The notes under the pieces are model-generated. The model did no database searches. It saw only the letters and a program-made list of their open reading frames with translations, and had not been told where the DNA came from. 64,000 nt of DNA from Gammaproteobacteria bacterium (GTDB lineage: Bacteria; Pseudomonadota; Gammaproteobacteria; GCA-001735895): NCBI GenBank assembly GCA_047639625.1, contig JBLIOG010000001.1:169-64168 (forward strand), read 5' to 3'. Positions 28,734 through 38,303 of this stretch are shown in pieces. Position 1 is the stretch's first letter. The number at the start of each line of letters is the position of its first letter. The position numbers and the translations under genes were made by a program.

Positions 28734-30065
28734 TTAACCCATTAACAATGAGTCAAACGGACAATTAACCATATTTTCGTAACCATCTTCGGTTACCAGT
28801 ATCTGATCTTCGAGTTTAATACCATCCGGCCCACCCACTTCACCGATGTAGGCCTCGACACAGAGCATCATTCCGGGCTCTAATATTCCTTCATATCCAC
28901 GTTCTTCCCAGTCTATCGGATATTTAATCGCGGGCCATTCATCACAGAGTCCAACGCCATGAAACTTTGAGCCGTATCGCTGCGGAAGATATTGTTCGGT
29001 AAGGTGATGCCCGCCTTCGGTGACATCCTGAAAAGAAAGACCCGGTTTGATCATATCGGCGTTTGTCATAATATGGTCATAGGCAAATCGATGCATGTCT
29101 TTCTGGCGCTGGGTTGGTTTGCCATCTCCGATAAACCAGGTTCGTGAAATATCAGTACACATGCCGTAGCAACCAATAAGGTCGGTATCAAACGCCACAA
29201 TCTCATTATTAGCAATGACTCGCGGGCCACATTCCTGGAACCAGGGATTGGTGCGTTGTCCTGAGGACAGAATTCGTGTTTCAATCCATTCACCACCGCG
29301 CCGAATATTGGACTTATGTAATTCAGCCCAGACATCGTTTTCAGTCATTCCTGGTTGAGTCAGTTCACGCATTTCGGCAATCGAAGACTCACAGGCATGG
29401 ATTGCACAACGCATCGCCAGAATTTCGTCGGGTCCTTTTATCGCGCGCGTGCGTTCCATGAGCTCTTCTCCATCCATGACCTTTACTCCTGCTTCATCCA
29501 GCGCACGTAGGCCTGCTATTTGAATTTTATCAACGGCGACACGACGTCCCGACCCTACTCTTTGCTGGAGGACCTCAAGAACCTGACCGACAAATTTCTC
29601 AGCCTTTTCTTCAGTTCTCTGCGCCGTTGCAAAATAGAAAAATGAGGCACCCGATCTGACTTCACGAACCAGTGGATTGAAATTGGACATATAGGCATAA
29701 CCACCATATTCCCACAACACCAAATAACCATCAGCCGTCACCATACAGGCGCGGAAGGGATTATGTGCATTCCATAACTGCATGTGAGTTGAATCAGTCG
29801 CGTATCGAATCGACAATGGATCAAATAGCAATACTGCATCCAGCTCTCGTTCCTTTAACCCCGCAACGATTCGATCCAGACGATACTGGCGCATTACGGG
29901 TAGATCAGGGCACTGTAAACCAGCCGCTTCCCACTCGGCATAAGCCATTGGTGACGGTCCGATTTCTACTCGATCATTATCTTCCGGTGTATTATCCGGG
30001 CGCATGCCTGGACGACGAGCCGGGTTAACTTTGGGCTTTGGTATGGAATGGGGATTATCTGACAT
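28734..30065 (-). CDS. dddP: M24 (creatinase/prolidase-fold) family protein resembling DMSP lyase DddP
   Basis: 443 aa. Long stretches (NDRVEIGP, FDPLSIRYATDSTHMQLWNAHNPFRA, KGPDEILAMRCAIHACE, RRGGEWIETRILSSGQRTNPWFQECGPRV, KLEDQILVTEDGYEN) match my recollection of the DddP sequence. Not verifiable here. Confidence 0.55.
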   Translation of the reverse strand: MSDNPHSIPKPKVNPARRPGMRPDNTPEDNDRVEIGPSPMAYAEWEAAGLQCPDLPVMRQYRLDRIVAGLKERELDAVLLFDPLSIRYATDSTHMQLWNAHNPFRACMVTADGYLVLWEYGGYAYMSNFNPLVREVRSGASFFYFATAQRTEEKAEKFVGQVLEVLQQRVGSGRRVAVDKIQIAGLRALDEAGVKVMDGEELMERTRAIKGPDEILAMRCAIHACESSIAEMRELTQPGMTENDVWAELHKSNIRRGGEWIETRILSSGQRTNPWFQECGPRVIANNEIVAFDTDLIGCYGMCTDISRTWFIGDGKPTQRQKDMHRFAYDHIMTNADMIKPGLSFQDVTEGGHHLTEQYLPQRYGSKFHGVGLCDEWPAIKYPIDWEERGYEGILEPGMMLCVEAYIGEVGGPDGIKLEDQILVTEDGYENMVNCPFDSLLMG

Positions 30066-30069
30066 CGCG

Positions 30070-32490
30070 TTACCCTCTCAGTCTTGAGCCTGTCGAATCA
30101 AAGGGTGGTTTTTCAAGAATGACTGCTGCATGAGGTTGCCCTAGCACAGCAACTTCCAGTTCAGTACCGGCAATCGCATGTTCGGTTTTAACAAAACAGA
30201 GCGCTAGCGATGCCAAAACCGAATGACTATAGGCACCGGAGCTTACACGACCAACGGGTGTTCCGTCGGTCAGAAAAATCGGCTCGCTGCCGTTAGCATC
30301 GGCATTATCCGTTTCTATCTGAACCATGACCAGTTTTTCTCGGGGCGGCTTATCTTTGATCGCAAGATAGGCATCTTTCCCGAGGAACTCAGGCTTATCA
30401 AGTTTGATCAATCGATCAAGTCCTACTTCCTGTGGCCAGTATTCGGGGGAATATTCCCGACTCCAACTGCCATAACCTTTTTCAACTCGTAGTGATAATA
30501 ATGCTCGTCCACCGATGGGTTTAACCCCATACGTTTGACCCGCATCGAGCAAGGCCTTATAAAGCGCCAACTGATGCTCAACTGGAACATAAACCTCGAA
30601 CCCGAGGTCTCCGCTAAATGAGACTCTAAGCGCAATAGCGTCCAGACCTGTAATGCGAATTTTACGATTGCGCATAAAAGGAACTGCATCCCCCGATAAA
30701 TCTTCGTCGCAAACTTTCTCCAGTAAATGTCTCGAGTTAGGGCCAGCTATATTAAAACCCGCCCAGCTTTCGGTCAGACTTTCAAAATTCACGGTATCGC
30801 TCTTATCGACCATATCGAAATAACGTTTGTGATAACGTTCGGCAATCCCGGAACCAATCATCATAAATTCTTCTTCGTCCAGTTTGGTAATCGTGAAGTC
30901 ACCGGCAATACCACCGCGCAATCCGATTAAGGGCGTAAGACAACTCCGTCCAGTTTCGGTCGGTACGTAGTTAGCAACCAGGCGATTTAAATAATCGGCT
31001 GATCCGACACCTGAAATCCGATACTTGGCAAAGTTCGAGACATCGATAATGCCGACTGACTCTCGCAATGCACGACACTCTGCGGCGACCGGTTCAAACC
31101 AGTTTTGACGTTCGAATCCATAAGTCTCTATCGGTTCCATACCTTCAGGGGCATACCAGAGAGGATGTTCGTATCCGTAACTTAATCCAAACACTGCACC
31201 CATTTTTTTCTGTAAGTCATAAACCGGCCGTTTATTAATCGGACGACCCGCTTGACGTTCTTCGTAGGGAAAATGTATTTTAAATCGATGCGAATATTGG
31301 TCGAGCGTACGCGCTTTTGTGAAAGCTTTGTTCGCCCAGGTACCGAAGCGAGCCAGATCCCAGGGGAACAGGTCCATTTTCGACTCACCTTCGACAATCC
31401 ATTCCGCCATGGTAACGCCGAGTCCACCCGACTGTGAGAATCCAGGAATGATCCCACAACAGCAAAAGTAATTTTTAAGTTCAGGTACCGGACCAATCAA
31501 AGCAGAGCTATCCGGCGCCCAAATCATTGGGCCATTAATCACGCGCTTGACGCCAGCTTCGGCAAGAACTGGAACACGCTTAAATGCCCGTAACATATTT
31601 TCTTCAATTCTTTCCAGATCTTCGTCCAGTAATTCATGGCCAAAATCTTGTGGTGTTCCATTTTCAGACCAATATCGACCATCTTTTTCATAAGCACCGA
31701 CTAACAAACCCTGACCTTCCTGGCGCATATAATATTCGCCATCACGATCTGCGATTAAAGGTAACCGTTGCTCAAGCGCTGCAATTTCCGGAATGGTTTC
31801 GGTTACAAAATACTGATGCTCGAGCGGCATCAACGGTAAATCAAAGCCCGCCATTGCGGCAACTTCTCGCGCCCATAAACCGGCAGCATTGACGACCACC
31901 CCGGCATGAATGGTAGCTTTGTCAGTTTCAACATCCCAGCTTCCATCATGTCGCTGCGTCGTCGCGATAACCGGCGTAAAACGATGAACCTCAGCACCCC
32001 GTTGACGGGCTCCCTTAGCGTAGGCATAAGTCACCCCAGAAGGATCAACATTACCACCATCGGGTTCGTACATGATGCAACGGATGTCATCAAAATTCGC
32101 CAGCGGATGCATACGTTCGGCTTCATCGCGATTCAATTCATGAAAATCGACCTGGAAATATCGAGCTTTGGCTGCCTGCATTCGAAGTTGGTATTCACGA
32201 TCTCTAGTTTGAGCAAGATAGAGCGAGCCCGGTTGAAATATTCCACAGCTTTGTCCCGTTTCGCGCTCCAGTTCTTCATAAAGTTGCATCGTATAATATT
32301 GCAATTTCGAAATATTATTATGGTCGTGCAGACCGTGTATTCCAGCCGCTGCATGCCAGGTTGAACCCGACGTTAACTCATCACGTTCGAGTAGAACAAC
32401 ATCGGTCCAACCGATTTTTGTCAAATGGTAAAGAATAGAACAACCAATCAGACCACCCCCAATAACAACAACTTGTGCTTCAGTTTTCAT
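30070..32490 (-). CDS. Dimethylglycine/sarcosine dehydrogenase-family protein (FAD oxidoreductase + GcvT-like folate domain)
   Basis: 806 aa with N-terminal VVVIGGGLIGCS FAD motif and a C-terminal aminomethyltransferase fold. 4 bp from the upstream gene. Confidence 0.85.
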   Translation of the reverse strand: MKTEAQVVVIGGGLIGCSILYHLTKIGWTDVVLLERDELTSGSTWHAAAGIHGLHDHNNISKLQYYTMQLYEELERETGQSCGIFQPGSLYLAQTRDREYQLRMQAAKARYFQVDFHELNRDEAERMHPLANFDDIRCIMYEPDGGNVDPSGVTYAYAKGARQRGAEVHRFTPVIATTQRHDGSWDVETDKATIHAGVVVNAAGLWAREVAAMAGFDLPLMPLEHQYFVTETIPEIAALEQRLPLIADRDGEYYMRQEGQGLLVGAYEKDGRYWSENGTPQDFGHELLDEDLERIEENMLRAFKRVPVLAEAGVKRVINGPMIWAPDSSALIGPVPELKNYFCCCGIIPGFSQSGGLGVTMAEWIVEGESKMDLFPWDLARFGTWANKAFTKARTLDQYSHRFKIHFPYEERQAGRPINKRPVYDLQKKMGAVFGLSYGYEHPLWYAPEGMEPIETYGFERQNWFEPVAAECRALRESVGIIDVSNFAKYRISGVGSADYLNRLVANYVPTETGRSCLTPLIGLRGGIAGDFTITKLDEEEFMMIGSGIAERYHKRYFDMVDKSDTVNFESLTESWAGFNIAGPNSRHLLEKVCDEDLSGDAVPFMRNRKIRITGLDAIALRVSFSGDLGFEVYVPVEHQLALYKALLDAGQTYGVKPIGGRALLSLRVEKGYGSWSREYSPEYWPQEVGLDRLIKLDKPEFLGKDAYLAIKDKPPREKLVMVQIETDNADANGSEPIFLTDGTPVGRVSSGAYSHSVLASLALCFVKTEHAIAGTELEVAVLGQPHAAVILEKPPFDSTGSRLRG

Positions 32491-32493
32491 AAT

Positions 32494-33714
32494 TTACTCT
32501 TTCAAGAGGTTATTGACGATTTGCGGGGCGACCACCAGAGGATAAGACTGGAACCCATGGATACCCCCTCTAAAACTTTTTTCACCAGCCGCTTTTCCTA
32601 CAGGCAAAATATTAAAACCCAGGCCATATCCGTACAAACCCGGAATACGCTCAGCACTCTCTAAAGTGAATAGCTCACCGTTGGCTGAAGGTTTACCGAG
32701 GTTTACATTTTTGCCGTCAATCTGGAGGATAGGAACATCCGGTTTAAAACCTGTCGCTTGCAAAATAAGCGCGGATTGCCCCAGTAAGCCCTGTTGATCC
32801 GAACAATGATTTATATTAACAAGTTTGACCCTTTTTTCCAGACCATCACGAATGTTCAGATACAGCCACTTGGCATCTTTACGCAATCCGGCATGTGAAT
32901 AAACCAGTCCGGTCGATGCCGCTAGATCGGCTTCAGGATCATAATTAATCTGATGCTGTTTCGCAAACTCAGGTGTGCAGCGAACCTTGATGGCGTCATG
33001 GCGCTGGAGGATGAAAATTTCACGCTGACCCAAATTGTCCGAAAACAATGGATCATTCAAGAGTCGCCAGGCACAGGAAAAAGCACTGTGGGAAGCTCCG
33101 ACAATAACCACAGGACCTTGCCCCGACGGCAGGGCGGTCAGGTTTTTACGGAGTAGAAATTGTAAGGAACCTTCCACCTTCTCGGCGTAATCCGATAATT
33201 CGGGTAGGACATCATCGCGACCACCACAACACAAAACAACCTGATCACTTCGAGATATTACATTTCCCTCCAGATCAATAGATTCAAATTTTTCTTTATC
33301 AATGCGCAACTGCTTAACAGGTCGATTTAATAGTAGACGAGTACCAAGAAGATCGCGGACTATCCTGATTAATGGCTGCACCATTAATTGATCAATTTCG
33401 GATAATGGAATCAGGTCTTTGCTGGTTTGCGGCAGCTTTAAATATAGTTCACGTAGTTCGGCAAATACGGTGCCTTCTAACATACCCTGGACAACATCTT
33501 TCGAACTGGTATTGGCATTGATTTGATACTTGCCCATTAAACCACCGGGCTTGTCGGTGGCTTCAATCATGACGAGCTTATCGAACAGGGATCTTGCCTT
33601 TAGTGTTCCCGTCTGCGAACGATCGCTTTGCGCTATATGATTACATAGCGCAATAATCAGACTCATTCCTGCAGGCCCGGCGCCAATAATCTGCAACGGG
33701 ACGGTATCAGTCAT
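32494..33714 (-). CDS. FAD/NAD(P)-binding oxidoreductase (two dinucleotide-binding motifs; possibly an N-hydroxylating monooxygenase-like fold)
   Basis: IIGAGPAGMS at the N-terminus and a second VVIVGASHSAFSCAW motif. 406 aa. 3 bp from DMGDH-like gene. Confidence 0.55.
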   Translation of the reverse strand: MTDTVPLQIIGAGPAGMSLIIALCNHIAQSDRSQTGTLKARSLFDKLVMIEATDKPGGLMGKYQINANTSSKDVVQGMLEGTVFAELRELYLKLPQTSKDLIPLSEIDQLMVQPLIRIVRDLLGTRLLLNRPVKQLRIDKEKFESIDLEGNVISRSDQVVLCCGGRDDVLPELSDYAEKVEGSLQFLLRKNLTALPSGQGPVVIVGASHSAFSCAWRLLNDPLFSDNLGQREIFILQRHDAIKVRCTPEFAKQHQINYDPEADLAASTGLVYSHAGLRKDAKWLYLNIRDGLEKRVKLVNINHCSDQQGLLGQSALILQATGFKPDVPILQIDGKNVNLGKPSANGELFTLESAERIPGLYGYGLGFNILPVGKAAGEKSFRGGIHGFQSYPLVVAPQIVNNLLKE

Positions 33715-33728
33715 GTCAAAGACTGCAA

Positions 33729-34991
33729 TCAGGCAGCGAGGTGTATCTTGATGATTTCATCGAGTTCATTGAGAAATCTAAGGACTTCTTCACGGCTATT
33801 GTAATGACACATAGAAACCCGGATGCAGGTTGGACGACCCAGTGGATCAAGAATATTACCCGAAAAATAATCAGCTTTACGAACATGAGTGCGGATACCT
33901 TTAGCATTCAAATCTGCAACCACTTCAGCACATGGTTTGCCTTCGACAATGATCGATACCATACCTTCACGCGCAGGATTATCGAGCCCACCAATCACAA
34001 AAACCTCAGACATATTTCTTAAGCCACGCTGTTCGCCATCACCATTGATCATGATATCGATAAGACCGTGTTCCTGCGCAGTAATCGCTTCACCGGCCGC
34101 TAGAATTCGAGTTCGACGGTCGGTAGATTCGGTGAATTTTGAACCGAGCCAGTCAAAATATTCGATAACAGCCGTAGTACAGGCAAAAGCCGAAGTATCA
34201 CGAGTTCCCATTTCCCAGAAATCAGACGGTGTGCCATCCAGATGATCATGCGGTAAATGCGCAAGTCGGGGAGAAACCCAGGCAAATCCATAATTGTGTC
34301 GAGAAAAAACTTTGTATGCAGAAACAGCGTAACCATCAATATCATAATCATCGACGGCGAGTCCGCCATGCGCTGCATGCTGAATGCCGTCAAGAATAAT
34401 AATGCAATCCGGCGAAGCCGTCCGAATGGTCTTAACCACAGCTTCAACGTTAACCGACATTCCAGTAACAGGGCTGGTATGGATAATAGTAGCTACGCGT
34501 GTATCTGCATCGACCACTTTGGCATAATCATCGGCGGTTACGGTTGCCGTGTCGTTATCATGAAGAACTGCGCGGTATTCTTTACCAGCGACCGTTGACC
34601 AACGCTTTCCTGCTGTGACAGTGGCCGGATGTTCAAGTGTGCTACCTACGACATTGCCACCCTCGGGTGAGCCCATTACTGCAGCCCGAACCAGTCTAAA
34701 CAATAATTCAGTACCACTTTCGCCGGTGAATACCGGGCCCTCTTTAACCCCAAGAAAAATTCGCATATTGTCGCGGGCTTCGCTAATAATTCGAACCAGC
34801 TCATGCGAAGCCGGGTTATCTCTACCCTGATTATCAGGAATGCCTGCCAGCGTTGTATTAACCTCTACGACCGACTTCAGAGTCAGTCCGCCACCCGCAT
34901 TTTCAAAGAATATTCTCGGACCCTGAAATGGGCAAATATCGACATGGCAAAATCGATCTCTAATTTGTTGCATTAATACTGCTTCAAACAT
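33729..34991 (-). CDS. Class-V PLP-dependent aminotransferase/desulfurase-fold enzyme
   Basis: 420 aa. Fold-type I class V features. First gene of the long minus-strand operon, divergent from LysR. Confidence 0.7.
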   Translation of the reverse strand: MFEAVLMQQIRDRFCHVDICPFQGPRIFFENAGGGLTLKSVVEVNTTLAGIPDNQGRDNPASHELVRIISEARDNMRIFLGVKEGPVFTGESGTELLFRLVRAAVMGSPEGGNVVGSTLEHPATVTAGKRWSTVAGKEYRAVLHDNDTATVTADDYAKVVDADTRVATIIHTSPVTGMSVNVEAVVKTIRTASPDCIIILDGIQHAAHGGLAVDDYDIDGYAVSAYKVFSRHNYGFAWVSPRLAHLPHDHLDGTPSDFWEMGTRDTSAFACTTAVIEYFDWLGSKFTESTDRRTRILAAGEAITAQEHGLIDIMINGDGEQRGLRNMSEVFVIGGLDNPAREGMVSIIVEGKPCAEVVADLNAKGIRTHVRKADYFSGNILDPLGRPTCIRVSMCHYNSREEVLRFLNELDEIIKIHLAA

Positions 34992-35083
34992 CTGTTTCCC
35001 TCTGCAGGCTGGTACGAATTTCTTAGGTTAAGGTGAGTTAATTAAAAGATGCTAGCACCCGACCTACTAAAAAGATAACATTT

Positions 35084-35108
35084 ATTACTTTACTAATTCG
35101 AAAGTAAT
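35084..35108. promoter_or_regulatory. Candidate LysR-type (T-N11-A) operator palindrome in divergent promoter region
   Basis: ATTACTTTACTAATTCGAAAGTAAT is a perfect 8-bp inverted repeat ATTACTTT/AAAGTAAT, lying between the class-V aminotransferase operon and the LysR gene. Confidence 0.35.
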
Positions 35109-35122
35109 TCTTTCTAATATTT

Positions 35123-35986
35123 ATGAATATCCGATACTTCGAGAGCCTGCTCCACATTGTAGAACTGGGTTCGATCGCCAAAGCTGCAAGAGTTCAGAAT
35201 TTAACACCAGCTGCGGTTGGTCAGCGTATTATTGCGCTTGAAAAACACTTTAATACGCCCTTGCTCAACCGCAGTCAGCACAAGGCGGTTGCAACACGGG
35301 CCTGTGTTGATTTATTGCCTAGGATTCGAGGGCTGGTCAAAGGATTTCACGATCTTAGCGATCAGATCGATCCCTCAGGACTGGAAGGGAAATTTCACAT
35401 CGGTGCCATCTCAACGGCATTAACAGGATTACTACCCAGTGCTGTCCATCAATTGGCCGAACAGGCACCGCGCCTCAATTTACAAATACGCCCTGGGACT
35501 TCTAATTCTCTGTTTAACGACCTTCAGGAGGGCAGCATCGATGCTGCGATAATAGCCGCCCCGCCCTATGAAGTTCCACGCCGATTTCAGGTGAATATCC
35601 TACGAAGCGAGCCCCTGGTATTACTTTCACATCACCAAACTCAACACTCGATTCGGGACCAATTACAGCAGGACCGATACATTTGTTACGACTCTCAATC
35701 CTGGGGTGGACTCAAAGCCAACCAATATTTGAAAGACAATAATATTGACATCGAACCTTACTACGAACTTGATGCATTGGAAGCCATCGAAAAATTGGTG
35801 AAACAAAATATGGGCGTTTCACTAGTGCCACTTTGGTCAGGTCTAGACACCTTAGATACTGATCTGAAGACGACCGAGATCAATAATTCGCTCTATCACC
35901 GAAATATCATACTGGTAACACCTGCCACATCAAAAAGACCGAGAATCGTATCTGCATTACTTGCATCATTGACTATCATTGATTGA
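35123..35986 (+). CDS. LysR-family transcriptional regulator
   Basis: HTH motif LHIVELGSIAKAARVQNLTPAAVGQRIIALEKHF. Divergent from the 24923-34991 operon. Confidence 0.85.
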   Translation: MNIRYFESLLHIVELGSIAKAARVQNLTPAAVGQRIIALEKHFNTPLLNRSQHKAVATRACVDLLPRIRGLVKGFHDLSDQIDPSGLEGKFHIGAISTALTGLLPSAVHQLAEQAPRLNLQIRPGTSNSLFNDLQEGSIDAAIIAAPPYEVPRRFQVNILRSEPLVLLSHHQTQHSIRDQLQQDRYICYDSQSWGGLKANQYLKDNNIDIEPYYELDALEAIEKLVKQNMGVSLVPLWSGLDTLDTDLKTTEINNSLYHRNIILVTPATSKRPRIVSALLASLTIID

Positions 35987-36099
35987 TCGAGAGCCCGCTA
36001 TTCTGAATTTTCAACGGCGATTCCTTTTTGCTGACATGTTGGTGATTGAGAAAAAGAACCCCTCCGCCGGTGGTATCGAGCAGTCCCTGAATTATTTAA

Positions 36100-37103
36100 A
36101 TGATCAATTTCAGTCATTCGATTCAAGCTATGAAGCATTTATTCTTTGCCTTTAAACGTTTACCCCTACTTTTACCGGGCGTCCAGTGCGTTGCTATCGG
36201 CGCTCATCAAATCCTGTTTCATCTCATGAAACCCTTGAACGGGTTACTCACGGGGATTTTAATCAAAGAATTTGGGTTGGTAAAATCCATTCGAAACACC
36301 ATAACCTGGCGCATCAGGCGATGATTCAAAATCATCGCAGCCATGAGTATAAGCAGGTTCATGCAAACTTGAACGCTCTGAAGACACGCAGCCTGATCGT
36401 TAACCTTGAACATGGTCAGTAAGATTTGAGCAAGATTTCAGATATCATGGACGAAATCGCCAACATGTCTGAAAAAGCAGCGATAGGCTCCGGAGAGTCA
36501 AAAGCATCGGTGCAAACAGTAACAGCCAACCTTGGAGACCTGCTTGGAAAAATCTCATCCATAAACGATCGATCCAATCAATTCGCACAACAAACTCATG
36601 CAGTGGCAGACACGCTAAACATGATTAATTCGATTACCGATCAGACTATCCTGTTAGCGTTAAATGCCGCTATAGAAGCCGCTCGCGCCGGTGTTCACGG
36701 CAGAGGGTTTGCGGTTGTCACCGATGAAGTTAAAAAGCTGGCTGCGACTACCCGCAAAGCAACTGACGAAATACAGGCGATGATGAAAGGGTTTATCGAA
36801 TCGGCCCATCAAATGCAATCCGGTGCCAATGACATGATTCAAATGGCGAATCGATCACAAGAAGTCATAGATCAATTTCCCAAATCAATAAAGACCATAG
36901 GCGATAGTTCCCTGGCCGTATTTCAGCGAAACTCCTTCGCTCAAATTGTCAGTTTTTGTTCGCTGATTAAACTCGAGCATCATAATGATCTGATCGATCT
37001 GCTCATCGCCGAAAAAATGCAATTCGAAATTAGCTCCGATGATCCAGGTGCAATCGAAACCGAAGTTGATTTTTTTCTAACAAATACCTCACTCCACACT
37101 TAA
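36100..37103 (+). pseudogene. Truncated/disrupted methyl-accepting chemotaxis protein (HAMP remnant + MCP signalling domain)
   Basis: MCP signalling motif [32 protein letters not shown]. Upstream HAMP-like GDFNQRI is in the same frame but separated by a single TAA (36420-36422), and a further frameshift lies near 36320. No sensor or TM region is present between the LysR end and this fragment. Confidence 0.6.
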
Positions 37104-37170
37104 GCAACTTAAATCAACGTCACTCTTGCATTATCATAGGGGGCAATTTACTACCCGAGCAACCCGATAG

Positions 37171-37626
37171 ATGATTCCTCACAAAGTAAAAAAAATTCTG
37201 CTGGAAAATAATCTCGAAGCACTCGAGTTTGAAGCTGGCAGCACACCGACATCTGAAATGGCCGCCGCTAAAATCGATTGCGAAGTCGGGCAAATAGCAA
37301 AATCTATGCTTTTTAAAGGTAAAGATGGTCTATTCAGACTAATTGTCTGTCCAGGTGACAAGCGGGTCGATAACAAAAAACTGAAAAATGCGCTTGGCGT
37401 CAAAGCGAGATTTGCAACGGTTGAAGAAACCGCCGATCAAACCGGTTTCAAGCCGGGCGGTGTTTGCCCTTTCGGTCTGGAAGGTCTGCCAATACTCATT
37501 GATCAAAGCCTGGCAAGATTTGAGGTTATTTATCCGGCCGCTGGAAACGATGCTTCCGCAGTCACTGTTGGATTTGACCAACTAACCAAATTGATTGGAG
37601 CCGAAGTTTGTGATGTCATGGGCTAA
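37171..37626 (+). CDS. YbaK/ProX-type aminoacyl-tRNA deacylase domain protein
   Basis: 151 aa. GGVCPFG motif and YbaK fold signature. Confidence 0.8.
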   Translation: MIPHKVKKILLENNLEALEFEAGSTPTSEMAAAKIDCEVGQIAKSMLFKGKDGLFRLIVCPGDKRVDNKKLKNALGVKARFATVEETADQTGFKPGGVCPFGLEGLPILIDQSLARFEVIYPAAGNDASAVTVGFDQLTKLIGAEVCDVMG

Positions 37627-38303
37627 TTCGGAGGACAACAAATTAAAAGTAGATTTGCCGACACCTTCAGGGCAGCGGTCATTCGGGAATAGTCGCGTCG
37701 AATCTTATTAGACTCCCCACTGGCGTAATTGACCAAAGCCCAGGCCGCGACCCCACGTTCATTGCTGACAATTTTTTCCATCTCACCGTATATTGCTCCC
37801 CCTTTGACGCATCGAGTTCACTACCACCTGATTTCAAGAACATGTTGAACCGATCACGGTTCCAGAACCCCGAAAAATCTTTTCGATTTATCTCATTTCT
37901 AGTCGGATAGTGCCAGTTTTCGCCTTTAAAACAGAGGGGCAATATCCTAAATAGTTAAGTAGTCTAATACAGATTCACTTACGTTACGGCCTGTAGCTTT
38001 GTCGAGAGTACCTGTTGTTGGCGCCTACGTAGAACTTACAGCACCCAATTACTCAGATACTGCGCCACAGTGCTACCAGGATGGGTGAGCAATTCCCCGG
38101 ACGAGACTTTAACCCGCTAGATTAATCGCCGATGCCAGCGTGCGACCTGACCCCTGCTACTTGCCTATGACTTTCGTCCTGATGCTTAGGGGGAGGTAAG
38201 AACTTGCCGCCTGCCTGCAAACTTTCGCTCTTTCTTAGTAATTTATTGACCAGCGCACTCATCTAACCAAACGTCAAATGCCTCCATCGCGTTTGTATCG
38301 TGC

